64,000 nucleotides of DNA from the NCBI GenBank assembly GCA_035403245.1, contig DAONEU010000001.1, positions 1,394 through 65,393 on the forward strand, in the 5' to 3' direction. Origin of the DNA: Bacteroidales bacterium (GTDB taxonomy: Bacteria > Bacteroidota > Bacteroidia > Bacteroidales > WCHB1-69). The position numbers and the translations under genes were made by a program. The notes below the pieces were generated by a model. It worked only from the letters and a program-made list of their open reading frames with translations, was not told where the DNA came from and did not search any database. Below are positions 1 to 7,922 of the stretch, piece after piece (positions within the stretch are counted from its first letter, which is position 1; each line of letters starts with the position of its first letter).

Positions 1-2
1 CC

Positions 3-548
3 GAAACTCGTTTGAAAGAACTTGAAATTCGTTGTAATGAGGTCGAAATTGAAAGTAGATCGCAAAAATCAGCGCTCTCCATCCTTATTCGAAGCCTTAG
101 AACCGGACTTGTTCTGACCGATCCTAATCTTAAAGTAGTTGATTCAAATTTAGGCTTTGTAGAAGTACTTGGTGAAGATGCAGCTGATATTCATGAAGTG
201 ATCCCATTCTTGGTAGGAGCTAACTTAAAATCTTTGTTACCTGCAACTTTAATCTCTCAGTTATCCTATTTAATGCAACATGACGATGAAAAATTGCAAC
301 GTGATGTAGAAATTCAGGGAAAACTGATCAATGCAACAATGTTTACACTAATTCCTAATCAGCTGAACTGCATTATTTTAAGGAACTTGCACTCTAAAGA
401 GGAGCGTCCTGAGGAGATTATTGAAAGAATCACTGAAGTTATTGAGGAGAACCTTCGTCAAGTGCAACAAATTGGCTTCATTCTAGGTGAAGGTGCTGCT
501 AAAACGGAAAAGATGATGAATACCATTATTGAAACTTATAAATCTTAG
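3..548 (+). CDS. 3' portion of a larger gene running off the left edge; PAS-like sensory C-terminal module, function unknown
   Basis: Frame is open from base 3, with no stop before the listed TTG at 12; stop TAG at 546-548. 'LVLTDPNLKVVDSNLGFVEVLGEDA' resembles a PAS core. No catalytic motif seen. Confidence 0.4.
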   Translation, partial: ETRLKELEIRCNEVEIESRSQKSALSILIRSLRTGLVLTDPNLKVVDSNLGFVEVLGEDAADIHEVIPFLVGANLKSLLPATLISQLSYLMQHDDEKLQRDVEIQGKLINATMFTLIPNQLNCIILRNLHSKEERPEEIIERITEVIEENLRQVQQIGFILGEGAAKTEKMMNTIIETYKS

Positions 549-567
549 TACATTGAACCCGATTAAG

Positions 568-1683
568 ATGGTAGACCTGAAAGGTCAATATGAGAAAATC
601 AAAACCGAGATAGATCAGGCAATTCAAAAAGTGCTTGATCAAACCGCTTTTATCAATGGTCCTGAAGTGCACACATTTCAAGAAAATCTTCAGAACTATC
701 TCGATGTTCCCTTCGTAATCCCCTGTGCAAATGGCACGGATGCCCTACAGATTGCTTTGATGGCACTCGATTTGCAACCCGGTGATGAGGTGATCACCAC
801 TCCGTTTACTTTTATTGCGACCGCTGAAGTAATTGAAATTCTTCAACTGAAACCGGTTTTCGTTGATATTGATCCTAGTACTTTCAATATTGATACAAAC
901 CTGATTGAAACAGCGATCACTATACGAACTAAAGTGATTATACCGGTGCATCTTTTTGGTCAGAATTGTGATATGGAACCAATACTCCAAATTGCTCAAA
1001 AGCACCATCTTTTTGTGATTGAAGATGCTTGCCAATCTATGGGTTCTGATTATTTTTTTGCTGATGGGACAACCAAAAAGAGTGGAACAATTGGAGATTT
1101 GGGGTGTACTTCCTTTTTTCCCAGCAAAAACTTAGGTTGTTATGGCGATGGAGGAGCAATTTTTACTCGTGATTCCAATTTGGCTGCCAAATGTAAAATG
1201 ATTACCAATCATGGCTCTACTCAAAAATATTATCATGAAAGAGTTGGAGTGAACTCCAGATTGGATACAATACAAGCAGCCGTTTTAAATACAAAACTTC
1301 CCTATCTGAATCAATATATTACAGAAAGACAAAGATTTGCGAATTATTATTCGAAACAATTTCAAAATAACCAACACCTAATAACGCCTACTATTTCATC
1401 TTTTGGCACGCATACTTTTCATCAATATACATTGCAAACTGATCCTTCAAAGAGGGATCAAATGGTTCAATATCTGCGGGATAGCGGCATTCCATGCATG
1501 GTTTATTATCCGGTTCCATTGCATTTACAAAAGGCATTTCAGCAATGGGGTTATAAGGAAGGCGACTTCCCGATAACTGAAATTGTCGCTAAATCGGTAT
1601 TCTCACTTCCCATTCATACCGAACTCAGTGAAGAGCAATTGGAGTTTATCGTTGAAAAGGTGAATTTGGCTTTTGGGTTTTAG
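568..1683 (+). CDS. DegT/DnrJ/EryC1/StrS-family PLP-dependent sugar aminotransferase
   Basis: ORF 529-1683 trimmed to ATG 568, giving the family-typical N-terminus 'MVDLKGQY'. Motifs 'PCANGTDAL', 'EDACQS' and the PLP-lysine context 'SFFPSKNLG'. Confidence 0.88.
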   Translation: MVDLKGQYEKIKTEIDQAIQKVLDQTAFINGPEVHTFQENLQNYLDVPFVIPCANGTDALQIALMALDLQPGDEVITTPFTFIATAEVIEILQLKPVFVDIDPSTFNIDTNLIETAITIRTKVIIPVHLFGQNCDMEPILQIAQKHHLFVIEDACQSMGSDYFFADGTTKKSGTIGDLGCTSFFPSKNLGCYGDGGAIFTRDSNLAAKCKMITNHGSTQKYYHERVGVNSRLDTIQAAVLNTKLPYLNQYITERQRFANYYSKQFQNNQHLITPTISSFGTHTFHQYTLQTDPSKRDQMVQYLRDSGIPCMVYYPVPLHLQKAFQQWGYKEGDFPITEIVAKSVFSLPIHTELSEEQLEFIVEKVNLAFGF

Positions 1684-1708
1684 GTATAAGTTTTTGTTTT
1701 TTGTCTTT

Positions 1709-1741
1709 TTTTTACTTTTTACTTTTTACTTCTTACTTCAC
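1709..1741 (+). repeat. degenerate tandem heptamer (TTTTTAC)x3-4 inside a ~60-nt polypyrimidine tract
   Basis: 'AC' dinucleotides recur at 1714, 1721, 1728, 1735 and 1740 (period 7,7,7,5). The region 1690-1748 is almost pure T/C on the + strand. Confidence 0.6.
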
Positions 1742-1805
1742 TTCTCCCGAATTAACAGATTCGCAATGAAGAAAATAACTTATTGTTTTATTCAAATATT
1801 TTTTG

Positions 1806-1813
1806 TATTTTTG
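1806..1813 (+). promoter_or_regulatory. Bacteroidota sigma-A -7 box (TATTTTTG) for rpsU
   Basis: Exact TAnnTTTG match, 47 nt upstream of ATG 1861. Confidence 0.5.
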
Positions 1814-1860
1814 CACCCCTTAAAAATAATATTAACTTAAAAAAGAAAGAGGTATTTTTT

Positions 1861-2058
1861 ATGATCGTTGTTTCCGTAAAAGAGGGCGAAACTATTGACA
1901 GAGCTCTCAAAAAATTAAAAAGAAAATTTGAAAAAACTGGTGTTGTTAGAGAATTACGTGCAAGACAAAAATTCACTAAACCTAGTGTAATCAACAGGGA
2001 ACAAAGACTTAAAGCGATCTATGTTCAACAACTTGTAGCTAAAGAAGCTGAAAAATAA
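1861..2058 (+). CDS. rpsU: 30S ribosomal protein bS21
   Basis: ORF 1783-2058 trimmed to ATG 1861. 'MIVVSVKEGETIDRALKKLKRKFEKTGVVRELRARQKFTKPS' is a typical S21 sequence (65 aa). Confidence 0.92.
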   Translation: MIVVSVKEGETIDRALKKLKRKFEKTGVVRELRARQKFTKPSVINREQRLKAIYVQQLVAKEAEK

Positions 2059-2081
2059 TCGCAAAGATCTAAAAAAACAAG

Positions 2082-2110
2082 AACGGACAAGTAATTGCCC
2101 GTTTTTTTTT
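2082..2110 (+). terminator. rho-independent terminator after rpsU
   Basis: Stem AACGGAC (2082-2088) / GCCCGTT (2097-2103) with one mismatch, followed by a T9 run. Confidence 0.6.
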
Positions 2111-2117
2111 ATCTTTG
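2110..2117 (+). promoter_or_regulatory. -7 box (TATCTTTG) for the xerC-like gene
   Basis: Exact TAnnTTTG, 22 nt upstream of ATG 2140. It lies inside the listed 5' extension of ORF 2095, which argues for the shorter start. Confidence 0.5.
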
Positions 2118-2139
2118 CATCAACCTATTTTTGTGCTTT

Positions 2140-3045
2140 ATGAATCCAATCACCCCATTTTTAAACTACCTAAAGTACGAAAAAAGAGCCTCTGAACATA
2201 CTGTAAGAGCCTATCAATCTGATTTAACCCATTTTTACGAGTATCTTGTGTCTCAAAAATATTTGGATTTAGAAGATGTTGATATCAATCAAGTAAATGT
2301 AGATCAAATCAGAAATTGGATCTTTGATCTGGTGGAAAACGAAAAAAATACAGCCAAAAGTGTCAATCGTAAGTTGAGCTCTTTGAAAGCTTTTTTTAAA
2401 TACCATCAAAGAATGGGAACTTTACATGAGGATCCTATGCTTTCGATCATTTCTCAAAAAGTACCTAAAAGAGTTCCTCAATACGTGGAAATGGAAGATA
2501 TGAATAAATTGTTCCAATTAGAATTTTTTGAAGATAATTTTGAGGGGTGGCGGGACAGAACCATTATTGAACTATTTTATGCTACAGGGATGAGGCTTTC
2601 AGAACTTTTAGGACTTACTTATGGAGATTTTGATCTCTATAGCCAAAATGTGAAAGTATTAGGAAAAAGAAATAAAGAGAGAATCATTCCCTTTGGTAAT
2701 CAAGCTAAAACAACTTTAGAGAAATATTTTTCCATTTTTGAGCAACATTTTGGCGAATTGTCTCAAAATAGTTGTATATTTGTTACGTCGAAAAACAATA
2801 AATTAAACCCGAAATCTGTTTATATGATTGTAAGGAGGTATCTCGATATGATTACTACAATAGACAAAAGAAGCCCACATATAATACGCCACACTTTCGC
2901 GACCCATCTTCTGAATAATGGCGCAGATATAAATGCAATCAAAGAGATCCTTGGTCATTCCAGTTTAGCAGCTACCCAAATTTATACTCATAATTCAATA
3001 GAGAAACTTAAATCCATTTATCAACAAGCTCATCCAAGAGCGTAA
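2140..3045 (+). CDS. xerC: tyrosine site-specific recombinase, XerC-like
   Basis: N-terminal core-binding domain 'FLNYLKYEKRASEHTVRAYQSDL'. Catalytic 'RHTFATHLL' and 'LGHSSLAATQIYTH'. Sits in the rpsU-recombinase-hpf arrangement common in Bacteroidota. Confidence 0.75.
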   Translation: MNPITPFLNYLKYEKRASEHTVRAYQSDLTHFYEYLVSQKYLDLEDVDINQVNVDQIRNWIFDLVENEKNTAKSVNRKLSSLKAFFKYHQRMGTLHEDPMLSIISQKVPKRVPQYVEMEDMNKLFQLEFFEDNFEGWRDRTIIELFYATGMRLSELLGLTYGDFDLYSQNVKVLGKRNKERIIPFGNQAKTTLEKYFSIFEQHFGELSQNSCIFVTSKNNKLNPKSVYMIVRRYLDMITTIDKRSPHIIRHTFATHLLNNGADINAIKEILGHSSLAATQIYTHNSIEKLKSIYQQAHPRA

Positions 3046-3058
3046 CAAGGAGGTTTTT

Positions 3059-3358
3059 ATGAACATCAAAATTACAGCGTTGCACTTTAAAGCAGATCAA
3101 AAACTTGAAAGCTTTATTTCAGAAAAGATTGAAAAACTTACCAAAATCCATGATGGAATTATTGGTGCTGAAGTAATTCTCAAACTCGAAAATACGGAAA
3201 AACCAGACAATAAAACGGTCGAAATTAGAGCTAAAATCAAAGGTAATGATGCCATTGCAGGCAAAACTGCCAAAACTTTTGAAGAAGCAGCCGATGAAGT
3301 ATCAGAAGCTCTTAGAAAACAATTATTAAAAATTAAAGATAAAGAACGCGGCTTATAA
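3059..3358 (+). CDS. hpf: ribosome hibernation promoting factor / RaiA (short form)
   Basis: 99 aa. 'MNIKITALHFKADQKLESFISEKIEKL' and the overall pattern are typical of the S30AE/HPF family. Confidence 0.82.
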   Translation: MNIKITALHFKADQKLESFISEKIEKLTKIHDGIIGAEVILKLENTEKPDNKTVEIRAKIKGNDAIAGKTAKTFEEAADEVSEALRKQLLKIKDKERGL

Positions 3359-3360
3359 TC

Positions 3361-3954
3361 ATGCCTGTAATCCTAAAAAAACAAATCAATGCTTCCGTTT
3401 CTGTTTGCTTATGGCAAATCCTGGAAACGGAAGCTTTTTTTATAGAAAACTACACCCTTCATCCCGAAGATCTCTCTTCGATTCAGAAAATTAAATTAGA
3501 GTCCCGGCGCTTGGAAAAATGGGCTTGTAGAGCAGCATTAGCAGAACTTATCGGACAGAAGTCAATTGAGATTACTTACTCCAGTCATGGTCAACCATTA
3601 TATGATCATGGAGCAATATCCTTCTCACATACGAAAGACTTGGCTCTTGTAGTTTTGAGTGATCAACCGGTTGGAGCAGATATTGAAAAAATAGCACCCC
3701 GTATCCTTAACCTGAAGCATAAGTTTATGAATCAACAAGAGATCAAAGAATTTAATCCCGATGATGCAAAAGATGTTACACTCATTTGGTGTGCTAAAGA
3801 GGCCATTTTTAAATGGTTTGAAAAAGGGGAACTTGATTTTTCAGAGGATATGGTTATCTCTAAAAATCCACTGAAAGCTTTACTGAAAAAAGAAAAAGAG
3901 ATACCCCTTTATCAAATGGAGTATCTCGATTTTATGATCGTAATTACGATGTAA
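3361..3954 (+). CDS. 4'-phosphopantetheinyl transferase (Sfp/EntD type)
   Basis: Motifs 'GADIEKI' (Mg site) and 'WCAKEAIFKW' (W-x-x-KEA). Confidence 0.75.
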   Translation: MPVILKKQINASVSVCLWQILETEAFFIENYTLHPEDLSSIQKIKLESRRLEKWACRAALAELIGQKSIEITYSSHGQPLYDHGAISFSHTKDLALVVLSDQPVGADIEKIAPRILNLKHKFMNQQEIKEFNPDDAKDVTLIWCAKEAIFKWFEKGELDFSEDMVISKNPLKALLKKEKEIPLYQMEYLDFMIVITM

Positions 3955-3955
3955 A

Positions 3956-5395
3956 TTAGAAAATATAACCCATTTTGAATTGAACACCTCTTAACTTAGA
4001 GATGTCACTGGTTGCAGGGTTGATCATCGCATTGTTGAAAGCAAATCTCCATTGCAATCCCAATAAGATGGTGGATGTTCTCATTTCCATTTCAAGGATT
4101 CCGCCATATTCGTGAGGTGTATATATAGAGAAATCAAGAGGAGCATCATTTAACGAACCTGCAAAATAGTAGCTGTAATATCCTCCAAAACCTGCACTGA
4201 ATTCCATAACATTCTGAACTGTTCCCCGAACAAATAGAGTTACAGGAATTGTTGCTGCATGTGAAAATAGTTGTCCTTCCCTACGATTGCTGATTTTAAA
4301 ATTGTAATCTAATTCACCTTTTAATGAAAAGCTCTTTCCTAAACCCAATTTTCCATATAAACCTGCGCTGACATCAAGCCCTTTTTTACCGGTCAAATGG
4401 CCATTTTTATAGAAATGTTGGTTTGTTCCAATATTAGCAATAATACCAAAATAACTGCTTTTTGCTTCATTGGCAGCATTTCCAAATTCACCGGATGATT
4501 CCAGCTTTGGAGCAGTCGCAAATACATAGTTCAAATCAGAAAAATAGTCAACGAGAATGGAAAGTCCATCATAATCAATCAGATCAGCATCATCTTCCGG
4601 TTTGTGATAAGGGGATTTTAATCCGGTAGTGACATGAAATGCCGGAATTTTATGGTTTAAGAAAGGGCCATGATCGGATCCTGTAAAGATGGAATTATCA
4701 AAATCTTCTAAATTCAATTTATAATTTTTATCAAATGGAACTTGTTCAAAATAGGATTTGAAATCTTTAACGGTTTTAACCCCGCTTATTTTGAGTTTGT
4801 CAGCTTGTTTTAAATAACCTATCATATCCAAACTCATCATTAAAACGACTCTTTGTGTTTTATTATTCGCGAAAAAATCGCGAATATAATAATTGGATCC
4901 ATTTAGGCCACTCTCTTCAGCATCAAAAGCTATGAAAATAACAGTTCTTTTTAAAAGATCCTTTTTGAGGTACATTTGTCGCGCAATCTCAATAATGGCT
5001 GAGGTTCCGGAGGCATTATCATCGGCACCGTTATATATTTTGAGTATGGAATCTTGAGTAGAAACACCTAAATGGTCGTAATGGGCTCCAATCACAATAA
5101 CCTCATTTTTCAATATCGGATCATTCCCTTCTAAAACGGCAATTACGTTTTGTTGAGTGCTATCACTTTCAATAAACTGATAATTAGCGGCTAATCCAAT
5201 TTTCCCAAACTCATTTTTGATATAAGCGGCTACTTTTTTATTATCTTCACTACCCGTTTTTCTTCCGTTTAAAGAATCTGCAGCAAAGTAATAAAGATGT
5301 TTTTCGAGTCTTGCTTTTTGAGCAGGATCATTTTGTGCAAAAATGGTTTGGAATGAAATCAATACAATCCATGTTAATACGAATACTTTTTTCAT
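3956..5395 (-). CDS. secreted M28-family zinc aminopeptidase fused to a C-terminal outer-membrane beta-barrel-like domain
   Basis: Signal peptide 'MKKVFVLTWIVLISFQTIFAQ'. M28 motifs 'HYDHLG', 'GADDNASGTSAIIEIAR' and 'AFDAEESGLNGS'. The last ~170 aa have amphipathic beta-strand periodicity and end in 'FKMGYIF'. Confidence 0.78.
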   Translation of the reverse strand: MKKVFVLTWIVLISFQTIFAQNDPAQKARLEKHLYYFAADSLNGRKTGSEDNKKVAAYIKNEFGKIGLAANYQFIESDSTQQNVIAVLEGNDPILKNEVIVIGAHYDHLGVSTQDSILKIYNGADDNASGTSAIIEIARQMYLKKDLLKRTVIFIAFDAEESGLNGSNYYIRDFFANNKTQRVVLMMSLDMIGYLKQADKLKISGVKTVKDFKSYFEQVPFDKNYKLNLEDFDNSIFTGSDHGPFLNHKIPAFHVTTGLKSPYHKPEDDADLIDYDGLSILVDYFSDLNYVFATAPKLESSGEFGNAANEAKSSYFGIIANIGTNQHFYKNGHLTGKKGLDVSAGLYGKLGLGKSFSLKGELDYNFKISNRREGQLFSHAATIPVTLFVRGTVQNVMEFSAGFGGYYSYYFAGSLNDAPLDFSIYTPHEYGGILEMEMRTSTILLGLQWRFAFNNAMINPATSDISKLRGVQFKMGYIF

Positions 5396-5408
5396 CTGTG
5401 TTTATTTT

Positions 5409-5705
5409 TTATAAAAAACCTAATTCTAATTTGGCAGCCTCACTCATTTTGTCCATATCCCAAGGAGGATCAAAAGTGATCGTAACTTCCACATTTTCAA
5501 TACCGGTCATCCTTTTGACTTCCGTCTTCACTTCGTAAGGCAAACTTTCAGCCTCCGGACAATTAGGGGCGGTGAGGGTCATTACAATTTCAACTTCGTT
5601 TTCAGATTTGATGATGATATCATAAATCAATCCTAATTCCCAAACATTTACGGGGATTTCCGGATCATATACAAACGATAATGCGGCAATAATTTTTTCT
5701 TTCAT
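5409..5705 (-). CDS. DUF59/SufT-like Fe-S assembly accessory protein
   Basis: 98 aa with 'VYDPEIPVNVWELGLIY' and 'LTAPNCP' motifs. Overlaps the upstream gene stop by 1 nt. Confidence 0.75.
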   Translation of the reverse strand: MKEKIIAALSFVYDPEIPVNVWELGLIYDIIIKSENEVEIVMTLTAPNCPEAESLPYEVKTEVKRMTGIENVEVTITFDPPWDMDKMSEAAKLELGFL

Positions 5706-6640
5706 TAGTGTAAAGCTTTTTCTCTTAATGAATTAAAACCTTCTCCATAGACATCAGTAGCATCTAACACTGATACAAATGCTTTTGGATCGGTTTCGTG
5801 AACATGATATAAAAGTGAAGGTAATTCCTTAGAGCTTATAGTAGTATAGATAATTTTCTTTTCGGCTAAATTGTACATCCCCTCACCATGAATAAAAGTA
5901 CCTCCCCGGTCTAAATCATGGATGATAAATTTTTTAATTTCGTCATAATGATCAGAAATTATTAGAATAGCCTTTCTTCTAGCAAAACCGGAAATCACTT
6001 TGTCGATTGTAAAACCGGATACATAGATAACGAACCAGGAATATAGAGGAATACTCCAATCTTTAAAAACAGCTAAAGCTGCTAAAACTATAATGGAATC
6101 CACAATCATAATCATGGTTCCAAGGGGGATATGTCTGAAGTATTTTTTCAAAACCATTGCAACAATATCGGTACCCCCTGAAGTGGCTCTTGATTTAAAA
6201 ACCAATCCCAAACCAAGTCCAATGAGAACAGCACCAAATAGGGCGCTAATCAAAGTGGCTGCAGGATCAGCTACATACTCTCCATTCGACAGAATAGTAA
6301 TCAATGGATCATACCCATAAAGAAATTCTAAAAGTGTTATAAATCCTGATAAAGAAACGATTCCAATAACGGTTTTAAAACCAAACTTGGGACCTAAAAT
6401 TAAGGTACCAATAATAAGAAGTGGAATATCTAATGCGATACCAGTTACCCCGATAGGAAATTTGAAAAGGTGATGTAAAATAATAGCGATACCGTAAACT
6501 CCACCCGGAGCAAGTTTCAATGGAGAAATAAAAACAACTAAACCTACGGCCATAATAAAAGTGCCAACCAGGATTAACGCATATTCCTTGATTAACTCTT
6601 TAGGATTCACTTTTTTATTAATGGTCTTAAATATTTTCAT
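5705..6640 (-). CDS. YitT-family membrane protein (DUF2179 C-terminal domain)
   Basis: Multi-pass hydrophobic N-terminal part plus a soluble C-terminal domain. Start trimmed to ATG 6640 ('MKIFKTINKK') because the -7 box at 6662-6669 overlaps the listed start at 6664. Confidence 0.78.
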   Translation of the reverse strand: MKIFKTINKKVNPKELIKEYALILVGTFIMAVGLVVFISPLKLAPGGVYGIAIILHHLFKFPIGVTGIALDIPLLIIGTLILGPKFGFKTVIGIVSLSGFITLLEFLYGYDPLITILSNGEYVADPAATLISALFGAVLIGLGLGLVFKSRATSGGTDIVAMVLKKYFRHIPLGTMIMIVDSIIVLAALAVFKDWSIPLYSWFVIYVSGFTIDKVISGFARRKAILIISDHYDEIKKFIIHDLDRGGTFIHGEGMYNLAEKKIIYTTISSKELPSLLYHVHETDPKAFVSVLDATDVYGEGFNSLREKALH

Positions 6641-6661
6641 ATATACTGCTTTATAGAGTTG

Positions 6662-6669
6662 CAAAGATA
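6662..6669 (-). promoter_or_regulatory. -7 box (TATCTTTG) for the yitT-sufT-M28 operon
   Basis: Exact TAnnTTTG on the minus strand, 21 nt upstream of ATG 6640. Confidence 0.5.
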
Positions 6670-6796
6670 TAAAAATTAGTTATTCATATTAGTAAATGAA
6701 TCCTTCAATCGTAACACTCCATTTTTAAAAAAGGTAGTTAAGATGTTTCAAAATAATTACATTTTAATTAAAACAACTTAAATACTCTTTTTTTAT

Positions 6797-6804
6797 TATC
6801 TTTG
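6797..6804 (+). promoter_or_regulatory. -7 box (TATCTTTG) for the CNNM gene
   Basis: Exact match, 44 nt upstream of ATG 6849. Confidence 0.5.
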
Positions 6805-6848
6805 CAAAAATATTTTAGAGAGTTCAAATACTCTTAAACATCATAAAA

Positions 6849-7922
6849 ATGGGCACATTAATATTCTATTTACTTTTAGCTTTAACTATTTCATTTATTT
6901 GCTCTTTATTTGAGTCAGTTTTATTATCTACACCTTTGTCATTTATTAGTATGAAAGAAACCGATGGAGATAAAAGAGCTTTAAAATTAAGAAATTATAA
7001 AGAAAAAATTGACAAACCATTAGCAGCCATTTTATCACTAAATACAATTGCGCATACTATAGGTGCAGCCGGTGTTGGTGCACAGGCTGTAAAAATATTT
7101 GGGGAAGCATACTTTGGTGTAGTTTCAGCCATTTTAACTCTTTTAATACTCATCTTTACTGAAATATATCCTAAGATTATTGGAGCAACCTACTGGAGAA
7201 AACTAGCTCTCCCTATAGTTCCTTTTCTGAATATATTAATAGTACTCGCATACCCCTTTGTAAAATTTTCAGAATTGCTTTCAAAAATGATCAATAAAGG
7301 AAAAATTGAAACCACTGTTAGTAGAGAAGAAGTATTTGCAATGGCCGATATCGCTACGGAAGAGGGTGAATTTGAAGTTTCAGAAAATATTATCATTCAG
7401 AATCTTCAAAAGTTGGAAAGTGTGAAGGTGGAAGATGTCATGACCCCTCAAATTGTTGCCTCCGTTGCTCCTGAAGAGATGACCGTCTCTGAATTTTATA
7501 AAAATAAAGATTATCTTCATTACGCCAGAATCCCTGTTTTTGCAGATGGTGATGAAGACCATATTACCGGTTATGTATTGCGCCAAAATGTTTTGGAACA
7601 AGTTGCCAGTGACCACTTTAATACCAAATTAAAAGATATCAAAAGAAATATTATTGCTGCCGATGAAGGGGAGTCCATTATGGTTTTATGGGAAAAACTT
7701 CTTCAGGAAAGGGAGCATATCGCCATCGTTACCGATGAATACGGAAGCTTTAATGGGGTAGTGACGTTAGAAGATATTATTGAATCTATTCTCGGGCTAG
7801 AAATTGTGGATGAAACTGACCAATTTGCTGACATGCAACAATATGCACGCCAAAAATGGACCGAAAGAAGAGAAAAATATAAACATATTATCTCTTCTGA
7901 TCAAAATGAGACACAAGCATAA
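6849..7922 (+). CDS. CNNM/DUF21 membrane protein with a CBS-domain pair (hemolysin/Mg-Co efflux-like)
   Basis: N-terminal 4-TM DUF21 ('LNTIAHTIGAAGVGAQA'). CBS region 'VEDVMTPQIV...IPVF' and 'IAIVTDEYGSFNGVVTLEDIIE'. No CorC/HlyC C-terminal domain. Confidence 0.8.
   Translation: MGTLIFYLLLALTISFICSLFESVLLSTPLSFISMKETDGDKRALKLRNYKEKIDKPLAAILSLNTIAHTIGAAGVGAQAVKIFGEAYFGVVSAILTLLILIFTEIYPKIIGATYWRKLALPIVPFLNILIVLAYPFVKFSELLSKMINKGKIETTVSREEVFAMADIATEEGEFEVSENIIIQNLQKLESVKVEDVMTPQIVASVAPEEMTVSEFYKNKDYLHYARIPVFADGDEDHITGYVLRQNVLEQVASDHFNTKLKDIKRNIIAADEGESIMVLWEKLLQEREHIAIVTDEYGSFNGVVTLEDIIESILGLEIVDETDQFADMQQYARQKWTERREKYKHIISSDQNETQA

Noticed and set aside
3-548. Calling the left-edge fragment the C-terminal PAS domain of a sensory [FeFe]-hydrogenase (HydS-like).
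   Set aside because: Only a generic PAS-like segment is visible and the diagnostic H-cluster domain would lie off-window. The evidence is too weak for a call.
745-1035. Antisense or embedded ORFs of 60-140 aa inside longer genes. Examples: 745-1035, 10430-10705, 11108-11386, 31023-31442, 39746-40063, 45255-45566, 46977-47210, 51403-51806 and 58820-59092.
   Set aside because: Each lies entirely within a longer ORF on the other strand or frame that has clear family motifs. Their translations are low-complexity (Ile/Phe/Lys/Asn-rich), as expected from AT-rich antisense sequence. None has a -7 box or signal sequence.
2140-3045. The two tyrosine recombinases (2140-3045 and 40185-41102) as markers of an integrative mobile element.
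   Set aside because: Both have Xer-type N- and C-terminal motifs. One sits in the conserved rpsU-recombinase-hpf context. I see no flanking direct repeats, tRNA target, excisionase, conjugation genes or phage genes.
7888-7922. The 35-nt overlap of the convergent CNNM and U32 3' ends as a sign of a mis-called gene.
   Set aside because: Both ORFs keep family-consistent sequence close to their ends, and there are no alternative earlier stops. I recorded it as a real convergent overlap.
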